IMG/VR virus record: IMGVR_UViG_3300020172_001601
Coordinates: 62,001 to 126,000 of that record
Strand: one strand, 5' to 3'
DNA: 64,000 nucleotides
The position numbers and the translations under genes are program-made. Positions within the stretch are counted from its first letter, which is position 1. Each line of letters opens with the position of its first letter. The notes under the pieces are model-generated. The model saw only the letters and a program-made list of their open reading frames with translations, was not told where the DNA came from and did no database searches. This document shows, piece by piece, positions 45,999 to 57,882 of this stretch.

Positions 45999-46613
45999 AT
46001 GATCGAAAGTAATTTCTCTCCCATGTACAACGAAGGCGTTACTGTTATTTCACAGCCGCCCACTCGTCGTATTGTTCAAATCAATATGGAGTATCGTGGT
46101 GATGATGAAGACGAAGAGGGATACAACGGAAACTTCTTCCTGAGTTTTCCCTTGATGTATTTTCGTATTCAATACAAAAGATACTTTGAGAAAAACAAAG
46201 AACAATTTGTTGCATCGTCGCTTCACGTCATTTTTGCTGTTGCCGACAACAAAAGCAAAGCATTCATTCCACCACTTCCAAATGTTGACGACTCGATGCG
46301 AGTTTGCATCGAGTTGCCAAAGAAGCGATTTTCAAATATTGACGACCTCTACAAAGAGGTTATTGCTTGCTTTTGGTCAACAGACTTCAATGATGGAATG
46401 TACGACGCTTACGAACAATATGATTGGGAATCCTTGTTGGGCGATCACCGTAAATGGCAAAAGAAAACAAAGAAGCAGCCCACCTGGATTCCAAATGGTC
46501 GCAGCTTGAAGCCAATTGAAAATTTCGACAAGAAGTTTTTCTATGGAGCGTCCTTCAAAAAGAACATCCAGCCAGAAGACTGTTCCGATGACTACGACGA
46601 CGATGGTTACTGA
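45999..46613 (+). CDS. orphan prokaryotic E2 family D-like protein
   Basis: LSFPLMYF..PPLPNVDDSMRVC..FWSTDFN..WQKKT. Confidence 0.6.
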   Translation: MIESNFSPMYNEGVTVISQPPTRRIVQINMEYRGDDEDEEGYNGNFFLSFPLMYFRIQYKRYFEKNKEQFVASSLHVIFAVADNKSKAFIPPLPNVDDSMRVCIELPKKRFSNIDDLYKEVIACFWSTDFNDGMYDAYEQYDWESLLGDHRKWQKKTKKQPTWIPNGRSLKPIENFDKKFFYGASFKKNIQPEDCSDDYDDDGY

Positions 46614-46671
46614 TTTACAACCAGACAAGATTGCGGTATAATCCCTCCTACTCTTTACTTGCGAGGGATCA

Positions 46672-49233
46672 ATGGGTTCGTTCAAAGATACGCTGCAACT
46701 CCCGAAAACCGATATGCCCATCGCTGCCAACTTACCGGCCAGCGAACCCGCCGTTTACGCATCCTGGGGCAACGTCTATTCCCGCTTGAAGCGAGACGGG
46801 AAGAACCCTTTCATTCTTCATGATGGCCCGCCGTATGCTAACGGCGATATTCATATCGGCCATGCTCTCAATAAAATCCTCAAAGACTTCGTTGTGAAGT
46901 TCCAATACTTCAACGGGCGAGCCGTCGAGTTTGTCCCCGGCTGGGACTGTCACGGACTTCCGATTGAATCGAAGGTTTATTCCATCATCCGAGTTGGCGG
47001 CGGCAATCCCAGCAAAGAGCCGTTGGAATTAGTCCAACGCATGTGTCGGAAATATGCCGGTGAGCAAATTGCTAAACAAAAAGAGCAATTTCAAACCCTG
47101 GGCGTAATCGCCGATTGGGAAAACCACTACGAGACGATGAGTCCGTGGTTTGAAAACATGATCTCTCAGCGACTTGCTGAATTGCGGGATCATGGATATT
47201 TGGTTCGCCGCAAGAAGCCTGTCTATTGGTCTTGGTCTTATGGCACTGCACTGGCTGAGGCAGAAGTCGAATATCGTGACCGAGTAGATAATTCGGTGTA
47301 TGTCGTATTCAAAACTGATAAGTTCCCTTGGGGGCTTTTGGTTTGGACCACAACGCCGTGGACACTTCCGGCCAACGTCGCCGTGGCATTGAACCCCAAG
47401 ATGAAATATCTTGCTGTTCGTGTGCGAGATTACAATCTCCCCGTGCTAGTAGCTGCCGATCTTGTCAAGACCTTGACAGATAAAGGAATCATTGAGCATG
47501 TCTTTGACCTTTATAGTGCGCAAGGCGACGAGTTCAATGGTTGGCAATTTCAACATCCTGTTTATCCCGACCAAACCGTGCCGTGCGTAATGGCCGACTT
47601 TGTGTCCGCTGATAGCGGCACTGGTTGTGTACATATCGCCCCTGGTCATGGAGAAGAAGACTATCGAGTAGGGTTGGCGAATAATCTTCCGGTCGTCATG
47701 CCTGTTGACGGAACGGGCAGATACACCGAGGGCAAATACGAAGGTCAATGGATTTTTGATGAAACTGACGGTTCGTATAAAGAATACAACTCGAATCCCA
47801 ATATCCTTGCTGATTTAAGGGAGCGTGGTCTATTGGTTCATACTGAGAAGATCACTCACAGCTATCCCTATTGCAGCCGATCTGGAACGCCGGTCATCTT
47901 CCGTGCTACTGAACAGTGGTTCTTGGACTTGGACAAGATTCGCAATCTGATCTTGGGGCCGATGACTGCTATTGAGAATGTGCAGTTCTATCCAGAGCAT
48001 TCCAAGAACCGTATGGTTCCGATGCTGGAGAACCGCCCTGACTGGTGCATCAGTCGCCAGCGAGTATGGGGCGTGCCGATCTTTGAAGGACCGGACATTC
48101 TTGACGTATGGTTTGATTCAGGATTGACGTGGAACATCCTGGGAGATCGTCAGGCTGACGTTTATCTGGAAGGCAACGATCAGCACCGTGGATGGTTCCA
48201 GAGCAGCCTATGGCTGTCTGTGGCCCTTCAGGGCGTTGCGCCATACAAGAAGGTCATCACGCATGGCTTTGTTGTCGATCAAGACGGCAAAAAGATGGCT
48301 AAGTCCAAGGGCAATGTCGTGTCGCCATTGGAAGTGACTCAAAAGCAGGGAGCAGAAGTGCTTCGCTATTGGGTTGCGAGCATTGACTATACGAAGGATG
48401 CGCAGTGCAGCCCGGAGATCATGAAGCGTGCTGCCGAGGGCCACAAGAAACTTCGTAATACTTTCAGATTCCTAGTGGCAAATATGCCCAAGGAATCTCC
48501 GTATAAGAACGACCAGAATATGGTTTTCCTGCCGGTCAATCGTTGGATTTACGAAAAGACTCAGAAGGTCTTTTCTGAAGTCCATCAGTTGTTTGCCGAC
48601 AACCTGTTCCATGCTGGTCTGCAAAAGTTGACGGAGTATATCAATACTGATTTGAGCGGTATTTACATGAACGCCGTCAAAGACTGCTTGTATTGTGATG
48701 CTGTCGATAGTGTGTCCCGAAAGAATGTTGTTCACGTCATGAGTAAAATCCTCAAGGCGATGATGACGCTTGTGGCTCCGTTGTTTACCTACACGGCGCA
48801 GGAAGTGTTCAATTATTGTCCTGAATGGGTGAAGGGTGACGCCAAGGATATTTTCGATCTTCAATACGAAGCATTGCCAGACTTGCCGCCACACTTGGCT
48901 CGGATGGACGAAGCGTATTGGAAAGAGGCGTTGTCCGCATTCCATACTGAGTTCGACAAGATCAAGACCGCAGGCAAGGCTCGTGATACTTTGGAAGTCG
49001 TTATTGAATCGACTTCTGGTGATACGTTCTTTGTCGGGGCTGAAGATTGGTTTGTCGTAAGTCATTGGGCATCACATCCTTCAACCTGTGAGGCCCTGGG
49101 GGAATTCTCGGTGGGCGACAAGGTTTATCGGATTGTCAAGAGTCAGAAGAATAAGTGCGAACGATGCTGGAAACGCAATGCAGAACAGGAGTTATGTCCT
49201 CGCTGTCTCGGTGTGGTGAATCCGCAGGTTTGA
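46672..49233 (+). CDS. ileS: isoleucyl-tRNA synthetase
   Basis: HDGPPYANGDIHIGH, WTTTPWTLP, DWCISRQR, KMAKS, C-terminal CERC Zn finger. Confidence 0.97.
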   Translation: MGSFKDTLQLPKTDMPIAANLPASEPAVYASWGNVYSRLKRDGKNPFILHDGPPYANGDIHIGHALNKILKDFVVKFQYFNGRAVEFVPGWDCHGLPIESKVYSIIRVGGGNPSKEPLELVQRMCRKYAGEQIAKQKEQFQTLGVIADWENHYETMSPWFENMISQRLAELRDHGYLVRRKKPVYWSWSYGTALAEAEVEYRDRVDNSVYVVFKTDKFPWGLLVWTTTPWTLPANVAVALNPKMKYLAVRVRDYNLPVLVAADLVKTLTDKGIIEHVFDLYSAQGDEFNGWQFQHPVYPDQTVPCVMADFVSADSGTGCVHIAPGHGEEDYRVGLANNLPVVMPVDGTGRYTEGKYEGQWIFDETDGSYKEYNSNPNILADLRERGLLVHTEKITHSYPYCSRSGTPVIFRATEQWFLDLDKIRNLILGPMTAIENVQFYPEHSKNRMVPMLENRPDWCISRQRVWGVPIFEGPDILDVWFDSGLTWNILGDRQADVYLEGNDQHRGWFQSSLWLSVALQGVAPYKKVITHGFVVDQDGKKMAKSKGNVVSPLEVTQKQGAEVLRYWVASIDYTKDAQCSPEIMKRAAEGHKKLRNTFRFLVANMPKESPYKNDQNMVFLPVNRWIYEKTQKVFSEVHQLFADNLFHAGLQKLTEYINTDLSGIYMNAVKDCLYCDAVDSVSRKNVVHVMSKILKAMMTLVAPLFTYTAQEVFNYCPEWVKGDAKDIFDLQYEALPDLPPHLARMDEAYWKEALSAFHTEFDKIKTAGKARDTLEVVIESTSGDTFFVGAEDWFVVSHWASHPSTCEALGEFSVGDKVYRIVKSQKNKCERCWKRNAEQELCPRCLGVVNPQV

Positions 49234-49285
49234 TTTACAACCATCAAAAATCGTGGTAGAATCCCTGTAGGAAGGGAATAGAAAA

Positions 49286-49813
49286 ATGCAAAAGCACAAT
49301 GATCCAGAAGGTTGCAGGTGCGCTCGGTGTGAGGCTATTGCCGGGGGCATGACACCTGATGAAGCTGCCGCTGCTCAAACTGAGTGGGAGAACAAGGCGT
49401 TGGCCGAACGTGGATTTTATGTTCACTACGTCGGTGCCGATTCTTCTTCTCCGACAAACTTTAATGCCCATACTCATGGTATGCAGGCATTTGACAATCA
49501 TCTGGATTTTCAGCTTATTGTCCCTCTGCCGCCAGAATCCGCTCACAATATCATTTGCACACTTGCCGAACGAGTAAAGGCTGGTGAGCGGTTTGTGTCT
49601 GGTCAGAGGTTGGACAAGATTATTCGAGGATTTGAAATCAAGCTGGTCGAGGCTCCTGAAGACGACCGCAAGGTTCTTCGGATTGTATTGCCAGACCCGG
49701 ATGGTAAATTGGAGCCTGAAGAAATCAACGAACAATACGCCGTCCAATACAAGGACGTTGAAGGGGTGAAGCTCCCGAAGCGTCCTTGGATGGCCTACAA
49801 GCCAAGGCGATAA
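49286..49813 (+). CDS. DUF4262-like hypothetical protein
   Basis: NAHTHGM..H.DFQL..VLRIVLPD.DG. Confidence 0.5.
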   Translation: MQKHNDPEGCRCARCEAIAGGMTPDEAAAAQTEWENKALAERGFYVHYVGADSSSPTNFNAHTHGMQAFDNHLDFQLIVPLPPESAHNIICTLAERVKAGERFVSGQRLDKIIRGFEIKLVEAPEDDRKVLRIVLPDPDGKLEPEEINEQYAVQYKDVEGVKLPKRPWMAYKPRR

Positions 49814-50117
49814 AGTTATGACAGAAGACCCTCGTAATGTTGGCTGGTTGTGTCCCGACCACTCACCCAAGCCTGACCCGCAGTATTTCGACAAGCCCTT
49901 TGAATGGTTTGTCGGAAAGAATTGCAAATTGGGTTTTCCAACGGGTCGCACTGAGGCTCCGTTCACTGAGTTCATGTGGGTTTATGTCACTGGTCAAGAG
50001 AAAGACTTCCTGGTTGGCAGGTTGAATAACGATCCTTTATTCGTCGAAGAATATAAGGATGGTGATGGAGTTGCCTTCGAGCGTCATGAAATCTGTGCCG
50101 TTGAATAGGAAGTTTTT

Positions 50118-50708
50118 ATGACCGTAATACTTGACTTTTACCGTGATGAGGCGGCTTGGGATAAAACCAAGACTCCGAACCCTAGCGGCTACACACATTT
50201 TGACATTGTGAGGAATTGGTCAGACGACCAATGGGAAGGCGTACACGATTTCATTCAGTGGGTCTTTCCACTCAAGGAAGAATCAGCATTCAATCCAGAT
50301 GCTCCATTGTTGACTGACGAAGACATAGCGATTTTTCGGGCCGATGACGAATTGAAGCAAGCCTTGTTTCTTTCGTTTCATCGGTTCCTTCGTTTTTTGG
50401 GTCTTCGTTGTCGATACGATCAACCAACCAACAAATGGATCACAACTCCTGTCGCAGCCAATGAACACGGTATTGGCGACGAGTTTTTGACCAAAGCGGA
50501 AATTGAAGAAAAACAAAAGGTGTGGGCATATCCGAACCATAATTGGTTGAGGATCACACGCTGCCTGCACAGCTTGCGTCTCCTGGGATTGGAGTATGCT
50601 GCTGATTCCTTTTTTGATTCACTGTGTAAGTTGTATGACGAGAACCGAGGCATTACGCCAGATACATTCAAGTATTGGCAAGACGCCGCACAAGGAGGAT
50701 TAGAATGA
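50118..50708 (+). CDS. opioid growth factor receptor (OGFr) N-terminal-like protein
   Basis: HDFIQWVFPL, NHNWLRITRCLHSL. Confidence 0.85.
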   Translation: MTVILDFYRDEAAWDKTKTPNPSGYTHFDIVRNWSDDQWEGVHDFIQWVFPLKEESAFNPDAPLLTDEDIAIFRADDELKQALFLSFHRFLRFLGLRCRYDQPTNKWITTPVAANEHGIGDEFLTKAEIEEKQKVWAYPNHNWLRITRCLHSLRLLGLEYAADSFFDSLCKLYDENRGITPDTFKYWQDAAQGGLE

Positions 50709-51790
50709 ACCTATTGCGTGATGTTGTGACCGAGTACGATGAGATACCGATCCAAGAGATCGGCAACGAGTTGAAGCCGGGCATGACTAAAGTGTTTTTC
50801 CCCGCTGAGACAAGGCGGTATGTTCACGTTAGCCGCTCGGCTATTATCCACAATACAAAGAATGGTCGCAATCATCCGACCATTCTGGTTGTGGACGAAA
50901 AAGGCAATAAACTCGCCTTTCATGCTGTGGTCCTGCGAGGGCCAGCAGCCTTGAAGTTTTCGCTGAATGAACCGGGTGTTGATGCCAATGCTTTCCTTGT
51001 TACCAAGGCTGGCATTGAAGCATACACCGACCCTTTTGGGGATGCTCCTGTCAAAGAAGTTCCCTTGTCTGGCGAATTGCCTACTGACAAGGAACCTTTC
51101 TCAATAGGGCGACTTCTTGTAAGGTCTGCCCGGCGAACTAAGCTGGGTGTCTGGAGATTCTTCTCCAGAATTCCTGTTGCATCCTGTTTGTTGCCAGACC
51201 CACCGAGGGACTAAACGTGCGAAGGCTAAATGACAGTCTGAAGTTCAATGAGGGTGAAGAACCTGAAAACGACATGCCGCATATTCACTACGCCACTGAC
51301 GGCAAGGGCCGTTGGTGGAAGACTGAGTACAAGCGGCAATGTCCTGAAGGCGTCTTCTTGCGTGGTCGTTGTCAAGGCGTCGAAGGTCATTTAGGGGTTC
51401 ACTGGAGCTATGATGCTCACGGTAGCTTCTGTTATGACGACAACGACAATGATCCAAGTGAAGGTGGCTGTTCTGGCAGTATCCCGCCAGACCATAAGAG
51501 CTATCGAACGCCATTAGAAATGTCGAGCCATTATTACATGAGTCATAGCACTCATGTTGAAGTGGTTGATCCCGCTGAGATTGCTCGGTTGGAAGCCGAC
51601 GACGTTACTGAAGGTGAATCAGTAAGTCGTCCGGTCGATATGTCGAAACTTTCTCCTGAATATGCTGCCGAGTTACGGCAGCGTTCGGAAGAATACAAAG
51701 AAAACAAACCCAAGCGTCAGAATCCTTGGTGGGCATTCTGGCGTGCTGAAAAACCAAAGATCAACTAACCTTTCTCAGAGAAAGAACACG

Positions 51791-53167
51791 ATGTTTGACT
51801 TCCTCAAGAATACGTTCTTGAACCGTGGCCGATACAAGACGCACTCCGAGGCAGTCGTTGTATCGTGTTTTTACAATCCTCAGAACAGCCCATACCGACT
51901 TCTGGCCTTCCAGAAGTGGTATCACAGCATCAAGCACTTGAACTATCGCATCATCGAGTGCTTGATCGGTGATGCTAAGTCTCAACTCCCGGATGATCCC
52001 AATATCATCCAGGTGCAAACCGACTCTGTTCTATGGCACAAAGAGTCGCTGTTGAACAAGGTCATTGCAGAGCTTCCCGAAAAGTTCAAGTATGTTTTTT
52101 GGGTGGACGCCGACGTATTGTTCACCAACGATAACTGGCTGGTCGATTCCGTGAAGGAACTCGAACGTGGTGCCAATATCGTTCAGCCCTTTGAGTATTG
52201 TGTTCACTTGGAACGCAATCAACTCAAGCCTGGGTTTGATGTGGAAATGGCCAAGAAGACTGCTGGCATGACCAACAAGGAATTGGACAAGAAGAAGCGT
52301 CTCTGGCGTAGCTTCTGTGCCAACATTGTTGATATGCCTCAGCGTGGCAACGACAAAGACTATGACCGCCACGGTCACGTTGGGTTCGCCTGGGGCGCAC
52401 GACGAGAAGTGCTGGAAGCGTGTCCTTTGTTCGACCGTGCCTTAATTGGCGGGGCCGACCATATTATTGCTCACGCAGCAGCCGGTCAAGTTCCTCATAC
52501 CTGCATCACCAACGGCTTTGCCGACAATATTGATGAAGTATTGGAATGGTCCAAGAACTTCTATCGTGTTGTTCAGGGCCAAATCGGATATGCTCCTGGT
52601 GATCTGTATCATATTTGGCACGGCGATATTGCCGCTCGCCAATATCTGAAGCGGATTCAGGATTTCACCGATCAGACGACGAAGATCAAAACTCGTGACA
52701 AGAACGGTCTGCATGTGTCTGGTGGTCGGGATGGTTATGTCCGTCGATACTACCAAGATCGAGAAGTGGCCTATGTAGACGGCTATGACTACGAGGGCTT
52801 CGACGCAGGCTTCTACGAAGACATGGGGTATATGATTGCCGACATTGTTTATATGTTCGGCCAGCCCCAATATTATGACGAAGCAGCGGCTCCAGACTAT
52901 CAGCCCAACGACTTCTTGCCTTTCGATCAGGGTGGTGTTCCTGATTTTCAACAGAACGATCAGGTGCCTTTCGATCAGGGCGGCGCAGGCATCCCGGATG
53001 ATGGGCGTCATATCATCACTGATGAAATGCTTCAGGAAGCAACGATTTCTGGCGATGACGCTGAGTTGGAGACTGCCATCCATCACGCCAGTCAGCCGGA
53101 CGATCAGCCAGACTTCACGCCAGCCGATGCTCTCGATCCTGCTGATGATGGTGGTAATTTCTCATGA
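51791..53167 (+). CDS. glycosyltransferase-like protein with acidic tail
   Basis: LWHKESLLN, WVDADVLF, GFAWG, HIWHG. Confidence 0.65.
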   Translation: MFDFLKNTFLNRGRYKTHSEAVVVSCFYNPQNSPYRLLAFQKWYHSIKHLNYRIIECLIGDAKSQLPDDPNIIQVQTDSVLWHKESLLNKVIAELPEKFKYVFWVDADVLFTNDNWLVDSVKELERGANIVQPFEYCVHLERNQLKPGFDVEMAKKTAGMTNKELDKKKRLWRSFCANIVDMPQRGNDKDYDRHGHVGFAWGARREVLEACPLFDRALIGGADHIIAHAAAGQVPHTCITNGFADNIDEVLEWSKNFYRVVQGQIGYAPGDLYHIWHGDIAARQYLKRIQDFTDQTTKIKTRDKNGLHVSGGRDGYVRRYYQDREVAYVDGYDYEGFDAGFYEDMGYMIADIVYMFGQPQYYDEAAAPDYQPNDFLPFDQGGVPDFQQNDQVPFDQGGAGIPDDGRHIITDEMLQEATISGDDAELETAIHHASQPDDQPDFTPADALDPADDGGNFS

Positions 53168-54139
53168 GATTCCGCAAAGGTCGAGGCAAGGTCAAAGACA
53201 AAGTATCTCTTACTGAAGGCGAAATCGTGCAAGCCTGTCACGATTTCCTTGAGAAGAAGGGATACCGTCTTTCCAATGTCAGTTATTTGAAAATTCCCAT
53301 CAGGGATAACGTGGATTCTTTAGGCCGCAAGAAACGACGAGGGATCGAATTCCAAGTCGATATTGAGGGTCACGAAGAACCAGAAAGATAGGCCATGACT
53401 TCAATTTATGAAAAACATAAACTTGAAGAGAAAGAGCTAGAGTCTCGTCACCAAAAAGAGCGAGAACAACTTAGGCTCTCTCTGAAAGCAAAACAAGCCT
53501 TATGTCCGCATCCATCATGGACACGATATGAGGAACTATTTTATGCTTTGGGCGAAACGTGTCCCGGTGAAATGTGTGACGAATGTGGGCAACAAAGACA
53601 CATTGGCTAAAAGCACCAACTGGTCGTGGATTACAAGCCACGACCAGTTGGCGACCAACAAACCAGCAGGAGTTACTGGCAGATCACAGGTTTGATGTAG
53701 CTTTGAGTATTGAACATGCTGACAACTGCGTTGTCACGAGTTTCAGCGACCCAATACGGAAGCGACGTGTTGGGCTTCCAAAGGGCAAACTTTGTTTCAT
53801 GGTCTTCGACCGATGGAACTTCAGTTCGCCCTTTGTTCGCATTGCGGAACTGGTAGTTGTGCATAAGTTCGTCAATGTACTTAGCACAAATACTGGTTGG
53901 GCTTAGACGATGACCGATGGCATCATGCTCGATAGGCACATTCAACTTGAGGTCGATCCTCTTGAAGTGTTTACAGTCTGCCACATCAGAATACTTGTTC
54001 TCGGTGAAGCGTGTTGTTCGTACAATGTCGCTATGAACAACGACTCCAGGTTGAATGGTGTCGATCCATTCTTTCACAGAGGTTACGTTGCCCTGAAGAT
54101 TCAGGGTGAGATTGATAATCATTCTATCCATATTACTTC

Positions 54140-54919
54140 CTAATTTTTGATGTTAAAGGACTTTGAAACCGTGGTTAAACCATCTGCTGAATCAATTGCG
54201 ATTCGTACTTTGCCAAGCACGGCATCTTGGCTAAGTGTCAGATTCACTCGTTCCAGAGGATCAAAACTCTGTACGAATTCCTGCACCATCTGAATCAGAA
54301 AGGAAGGGGTTATGCCCGGCAGCAATAACTCCTGTTGGTGCATTTGTTTTTTACGAATCTCCAACACCTGAGAGCGTGTATATCTTCGGTGGCCTTTTGT
54401 GGTATACTGTGGTTCAATCTTGCCCTGTTCTTCCCAATTTCTGAGAGTTTGTGACGAGATGCCAAGCAACCTAGCCGCCGAGTCAATACTCATGAGTTCT
54501 TCTGGTTCATCGCTCACCGGCAGGTTATTTGCGATTTTGATCCAGTTGTGGCATTCTTTGCCTTCACTCGTAGCGTCCTTACCCTTGAACTCCTTGATGG
54601 CACGTCTCAGGTTAATTGGAGTATTCGCTTCCTTACTAACCCGCCCGATGAAATCGAGCAGTTCGGGTTCGGACTTATACCATTCCCCTTTGATGCGAAG
54701 ACCGCTGAAGCGTTGGTGTAGCTTCATTTCTTCTGATATATCACCGGGAACAGCGCCCAATACTCTAAAGTTTGTGTCGTTGATTTTCACCGAATTGAAG
54801 CCGATCTGTATTGCTCCGGCCTCGATCTTAGTTGAGTTTTCACCACACCCGCAACAGAACTCGCTTAGGGCCTGGATGAAATAAATTGTCTTCTTCATTG
54901 GTGAATTTCCTTCTTTCAT
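54140..54919 (-). CDS. T5orf172/GIY-YIG-like domain fused to MerR-type HTH
   Basis: LHQRFSGLRIKGEWY; AARLLGISSQTLRNWE..GHRRY. Confidence 0.7.
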   Translation of the reverse strand: MKEGNSPMKKTIYFIQALSEFCCGCGENSTKIEAGAIQIGFNSVKINDTNFRVLGAVPGDISEEMKLHQRFSGLRIKGEWYKSEPELLDFIGRVSKEANTPINLRRAIKEFKGKDATSEGKECHNWIKIANNLPVSDEPEELMSIDSAARLLGISSQTLRNWEEQGKIEPQYTTKGHRRYTRSQVLEIRKKQMHQQELLLPGITPSFLIQMVQEFVQSFDPLERVNLTLSQDAVLGKVRIAIDSADGLTTVSKSFNIKN

Positions 54920-54989
54920 TTGAGGTATCTATACATCACTTGAGAAAAATTCTCAATATTGTGTAGATTTTATCTAAAAGGATTAGAGT

Positions 54990-55430
54990 ATGAACGTAAT
55001 CAATTTCTACAGCACCAAGGGCGAATATGGGTGCTTCTCCAATTTCTCCCGACATTCGGTGAAATTGGACGGCGAAGAATGGCCGACCACGGAGCATTAT
55101 TTCCAGGCGAAGAAGTTCGAGGGAACTCATCACGAGACAGAGCTTCGCAAGGCGTCGTCTGCAATGGAAGTGGCCAAGATGGGACGTGATCGCAAGCGTC
55201 CATTGCGGGCCGATTGGGAGCAAGTTAAGGACGACGTAATGCGAACGGCTGTGCGTGCCAAGTTTACTCAGCATAAGTCGCTTCAGGAAACCTTATTGTC
55301 CACTGGTGATGCCATATTGGTTGAGCATACGGTGAACGATTCGTATTGGGGCGATGGTGGTGATGGAACTGGCAAGAATATGCTGGGGAAGATTTTGGTG
55401 GAGATCAGGGAGGAATTGAAAAAGAAATAG
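54990..55430 (+). CDS. NADAR family protein
   Basis: FSNF, WPTTEHYFQAKKF, AKFTQH, DSYWG, GKNMLG. Confidence 0.92.
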   Translation: MNVINFYSTKGEYGCFSNFSRHSVKLDGEEWPTTEHYFQAKKFEGTHHETELRKASSAMEVAKMGRDRKRPLRADWEQVKDDVMRTAVRAKFTQHKSLQETLLSTGDAILVEHTVNDSYWGDGGDGTGKNMLGKILVEIREELKKK

Positions 55431-56703
55431 CTCGTATATCTTCATCCCTAATCAGAGAGGTTTGCGTGAAGAATTATCATGACCAATATATGAGGACCGA
55501 AGAACTTGATTGGCAATGGAGTTTTGACTCCAAGTCCAAGACTCATACACTGAAGTTGACATATTTGCCCACCAATCAGTCTGTGAGTGGATCAATCGCT
55601 GAAGCGAGAGGGCGAAACCCTCTGTATCAGCGCAAGCGGGAACTACACGATTCGTTAAACGAACAATTGGAAAAACTGGTTTTTGGAGAATGAAATGAGC
55701 GAACCAAATGGGGTTTTCAAGGTCCAGGTTATTCCGTATCCTAACAACGGCGGTCCTGCTCCAGATGGTCCTGCTCCGAGAGTAGAATCAGGGGCCATTC
55801 AGTTTGGCAATGATTGGCCGGGGATGTTTCTTCGTGGCGACAATGCTTTTGCAATCGCCATGACGATTGATGAGATTGGCGCATTTTTGAATGCGATCCC
55901 GGACAAGCTGAAGGTTGAATGTGGTGGTGTTGGTTTGGCGATGGCATTCATGCGACTGAAGAGTTTGCGTGATACCATCATGACTGATGTTGTAAAAATG
56001 GAACCGAAAAATGAAGACGGTAATTGAACAACTGGCCGATTTCATTAAGTCCTCCGAGGACAGCCACACGAACAACCTGTGGTTGCAGGACGATATAATG
56101 AAGGTGTACGTCCGCAAAGGTCGGCACATGGTATATCCAGGCAAGCTCTCTACGACTCTGGATATTGCCGCCGTCGAAGTGGATGAAGACAAGCAAAGTC
56201 AGGGACATTGGACGGCTTTTCTCGATAAGGCCCACGAAATGAATCCGTGGGAGGCAACCTATGTCGAGAATACGTTGAACCCTATTCTTGCTACATCCCT
56301 CATTCGACATGGGTGGATGCCGGTTCCGGGTGCGTATCCAGAATCCTTCTTCATGCCGAAAGATTCGGCAAAGTATTTCGAGCAACAGTTTTTACAACAA
56401 AAGTTTTCTAAGAGAAATGTCTACTGAAACACCAGTTTGCATGGGTTGCTTTGTGAGCAACCCAAATTCTTGGCATCCGTATATGTCGCCGCCAATCTTT
56501 GGTGCAACCGAGCGACCCGGTTTGACCGCCGACGAGAAATTATGTCTCAAGCATTTAGCTGATGCTTGGAGTGTGTTCGTCGATATGGCCGCAAAGCATC
56601 CAGACGACAACAGCGAATTCCATACAGCAATACATGACGCACAAAAAATGATTGCTCTGCGGGTTGCCCGTCGAGTGGACACAGACGTATGGAAGCAGCC
56701 AGA

Positions 56704-57198
56704 ATGATGAAAGTAATATCCGGTGGACAAAACGGTGCGGACCAAGCCGGTATTCGAGCGGCGAAGGCGTGCGGTTTTGAAACTGGAGGATGGTTGCCTC
56801 AAGGCTGTAAAACGCTTGATGGGCCACGACCAGACCTATTGACAGAATACGGCATGAAAGAGCATAGTAGTTCTCTCTACCCGCCCAGGACTGAGGCGAA
56901 CGTCAAGGACAGTTGTGGCACCATAAGGTTTGCCAGGACATTCTCTTCAGCCGGGGAAAAGTGTACTCTCCGTGCGATCAAGTGGTTCAATCGTCCGTAT
57001 TTGAACGTGGATATAAATAAGCCGATAGATAAACAAGAAGTATTGTCTTGGCTTAAAGAGCATGATATAAAGACTCTCAACATTGCTGGGAACTCTGAGG
57101 AAACCGCTCCCGGTATTGGTGATTTTGTCTTTAAGTATCTCATGGGTGTCTTTTCCGACTTAAAAAACGGGCTTGACAACATGACCCATACGGAGTAA
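56704..57198 (+). CDS. SLOG/putative molybdenum-carrier family protein
   Basis: ISGGQNGADQAG, RTEANVKDS, LNIAGN. Confidence 0.85.
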   Translation: MMKVISGGQNGADQAGIRAAKACGFETGGWLPQGCKTLDGPRPDLLTEYGMKEHSSSLYPPRTEANVKDSCGTIRFARTFSSAGEKCTLRAIKWFNRPYLNVDINKPIDKQEVLSWLKEHDIKTLNIAGNSEETAPGIGDFVFKYLMGVFSDLKNGLDNMTHTE

Positions 57199-57203
57199 AA
57201 CTG

Positions 57204-57521
57204 ATGTTGGACAAATTGAGAAGTCTGTTTACGACCCCTATCCAAAAGGAAGAACCGATGGCTGTGACTGCAACGACTGCAACGACCCCGACCCAAACTC
57301 AGTCTCAAAAGACTTGCCCCGTTCAAGGAGCAGTTGAGCAATTGAGCGCTACATCCGAAACTTGTGAAAACACCGGATGCTGCGAGAACACTCTTTGCCA
57401 GGAGTCCGTCCGAGAGCGGGCTTATCTGCTGTGGGAGAAGGCTGGCTACCCAATCGGCGATGGCGTGGATTTCTGGATCACCGCCGAGCAAGAACTGTTG
57501 GCCGATGCCACTGCCGAGTAA
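57204..57521 (+). CDS. DUF2934 domain protein
   Basis: VRERAYLLWEKAG.P.G..DFWITAEQEL. Confidence 0.8.
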   Translation: MLDKLRSLFTTPIQKEEPMAVTATTATTPTQTQSQKTCPVQGAVEQLSATSETCENTGCCENTLCQESVRERAYLLWEKAGYPIGDGVDFWITAEQELLADATAE

Positions 57522-57882
57522 ACCGGCCTGCCTTGATTCTTGGGGCGGGGTTTGGCGAGAGCTAAACCCTGCCTTTTTTTTTGATTTTACAGAATGGTAG
57601 GCTCCGTGGTATAATCCACTGAAAATCTATGAAAGGCGTTCATGGAAAATATAGCCTATTTTTTCGCTGATATTGAGGTTCACAATGCTCGAATCATGGC
57701 AATGGCTGTTTTTCTTCAATTTCCCGTGTCTTTTTTTGAATTTACTCGGCATGTACTTGTCGGTGTTTTCAATAAACGACGAGAAATTGGCCAAAAGATG
57801 CTACTGGATAAATTCGGCGTGCATGTGCATGTCCATTGCGAACATACTGTCAAATTCTTTTTCCGTGGTCGCTACATAGGGC

